15,989 nucleotides of DNA from a bacterium (GTDB lineage Bacteria > RBG-13-61-14 > DATKZS01), in contig JAWOBU010000244.1 in the NCBI GenBank assembly GCA_046484135.1, positions 1 through 15,989 on the forward strand, in the 5' to 3' direction. The notes under the pieces were generated by a model. That model was not told where the DNA came from and ran no database searches. It saw nothing but the letters and a program-made list of their open reading frames with translations. Both the position numbers and the translations under genes were made by a program. Below, in pieces: positions 15,785-15,989 of the stretch; position 1 is the first letter of the stretch; every line of letters begins with the position of its first letter.

Positions 15785-15806
15785 GTGCGAGCGACTTTAC
15801 TTGAGA
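15785..15806 (+). repeat. REP-like 22-bp repeat, copy D (GTGCGAGCGACTTTACTTGAGA), 3' arm decayed
   Basis: First 15 nt identical to copy A, 19/22 overall; inverted relative to copy E, 64 bp away. Confidence 0.7.
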
Positions 15807-15989
15807 GTACCGAGTTCTAAGCCTATCAAGGAGCCTTTTCCTTTTCAATCTCCATTTTGATTTTTGAACGTTCGATTTCCAGGTTGATCCATTTATCAAT
15901 AAGTTTTTTAAAGCGCCGGTAGTTTGCGATCTGTTTTTTGATTTGGGGGGCGAACTCCGGTCGGATATACTCGGTGCGCCCTTTCCCCA

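Noticed and set aside
2797..15806. CRISPR or integron attC interpretation of the 22-bp repeats
   Set aside because: Copies are kilobases apart, in both orientations, among housekeeping genes; no spacers, cas genes, integrase or RYYYAAC/GTTRRRY ends.

Overview
GC-rich bacterial chromosomal window (gene set and codon style resemble Deltaproteobacteria/Desulfobacterota or a related lineage; this is inference). It has 14 supported CDSs. In order: a 5'-truncated radical SAM/SPASM heme synthase (ahbD-like), an exported SRPBCC protein, a TrmO/TsaA protein with a His-rich tail, an acidic lipoprotein, an epoxide-hydrolase-like enzyme, a Tat-exported GH127-like glycosidase, gcvH, a divergent MqnA-family protein, an orphan LolD/MacB-type ABC ATPase, an orphan GspE/PilB ATPase, gpsA, rho, an M14 carboxypeptidase and ssb. 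No rRNA, tRNA, CRISPR or transposase was seen. The main unexplained signal is a dispersed 22-bp hairpin repeat (GTGCGAGCGAC-N4-GTCGCGA) present five times, all intergenic. It has REP-like architecture but a GTGC head instead of GT(A/G)G, and its first 11 nt are invariant.
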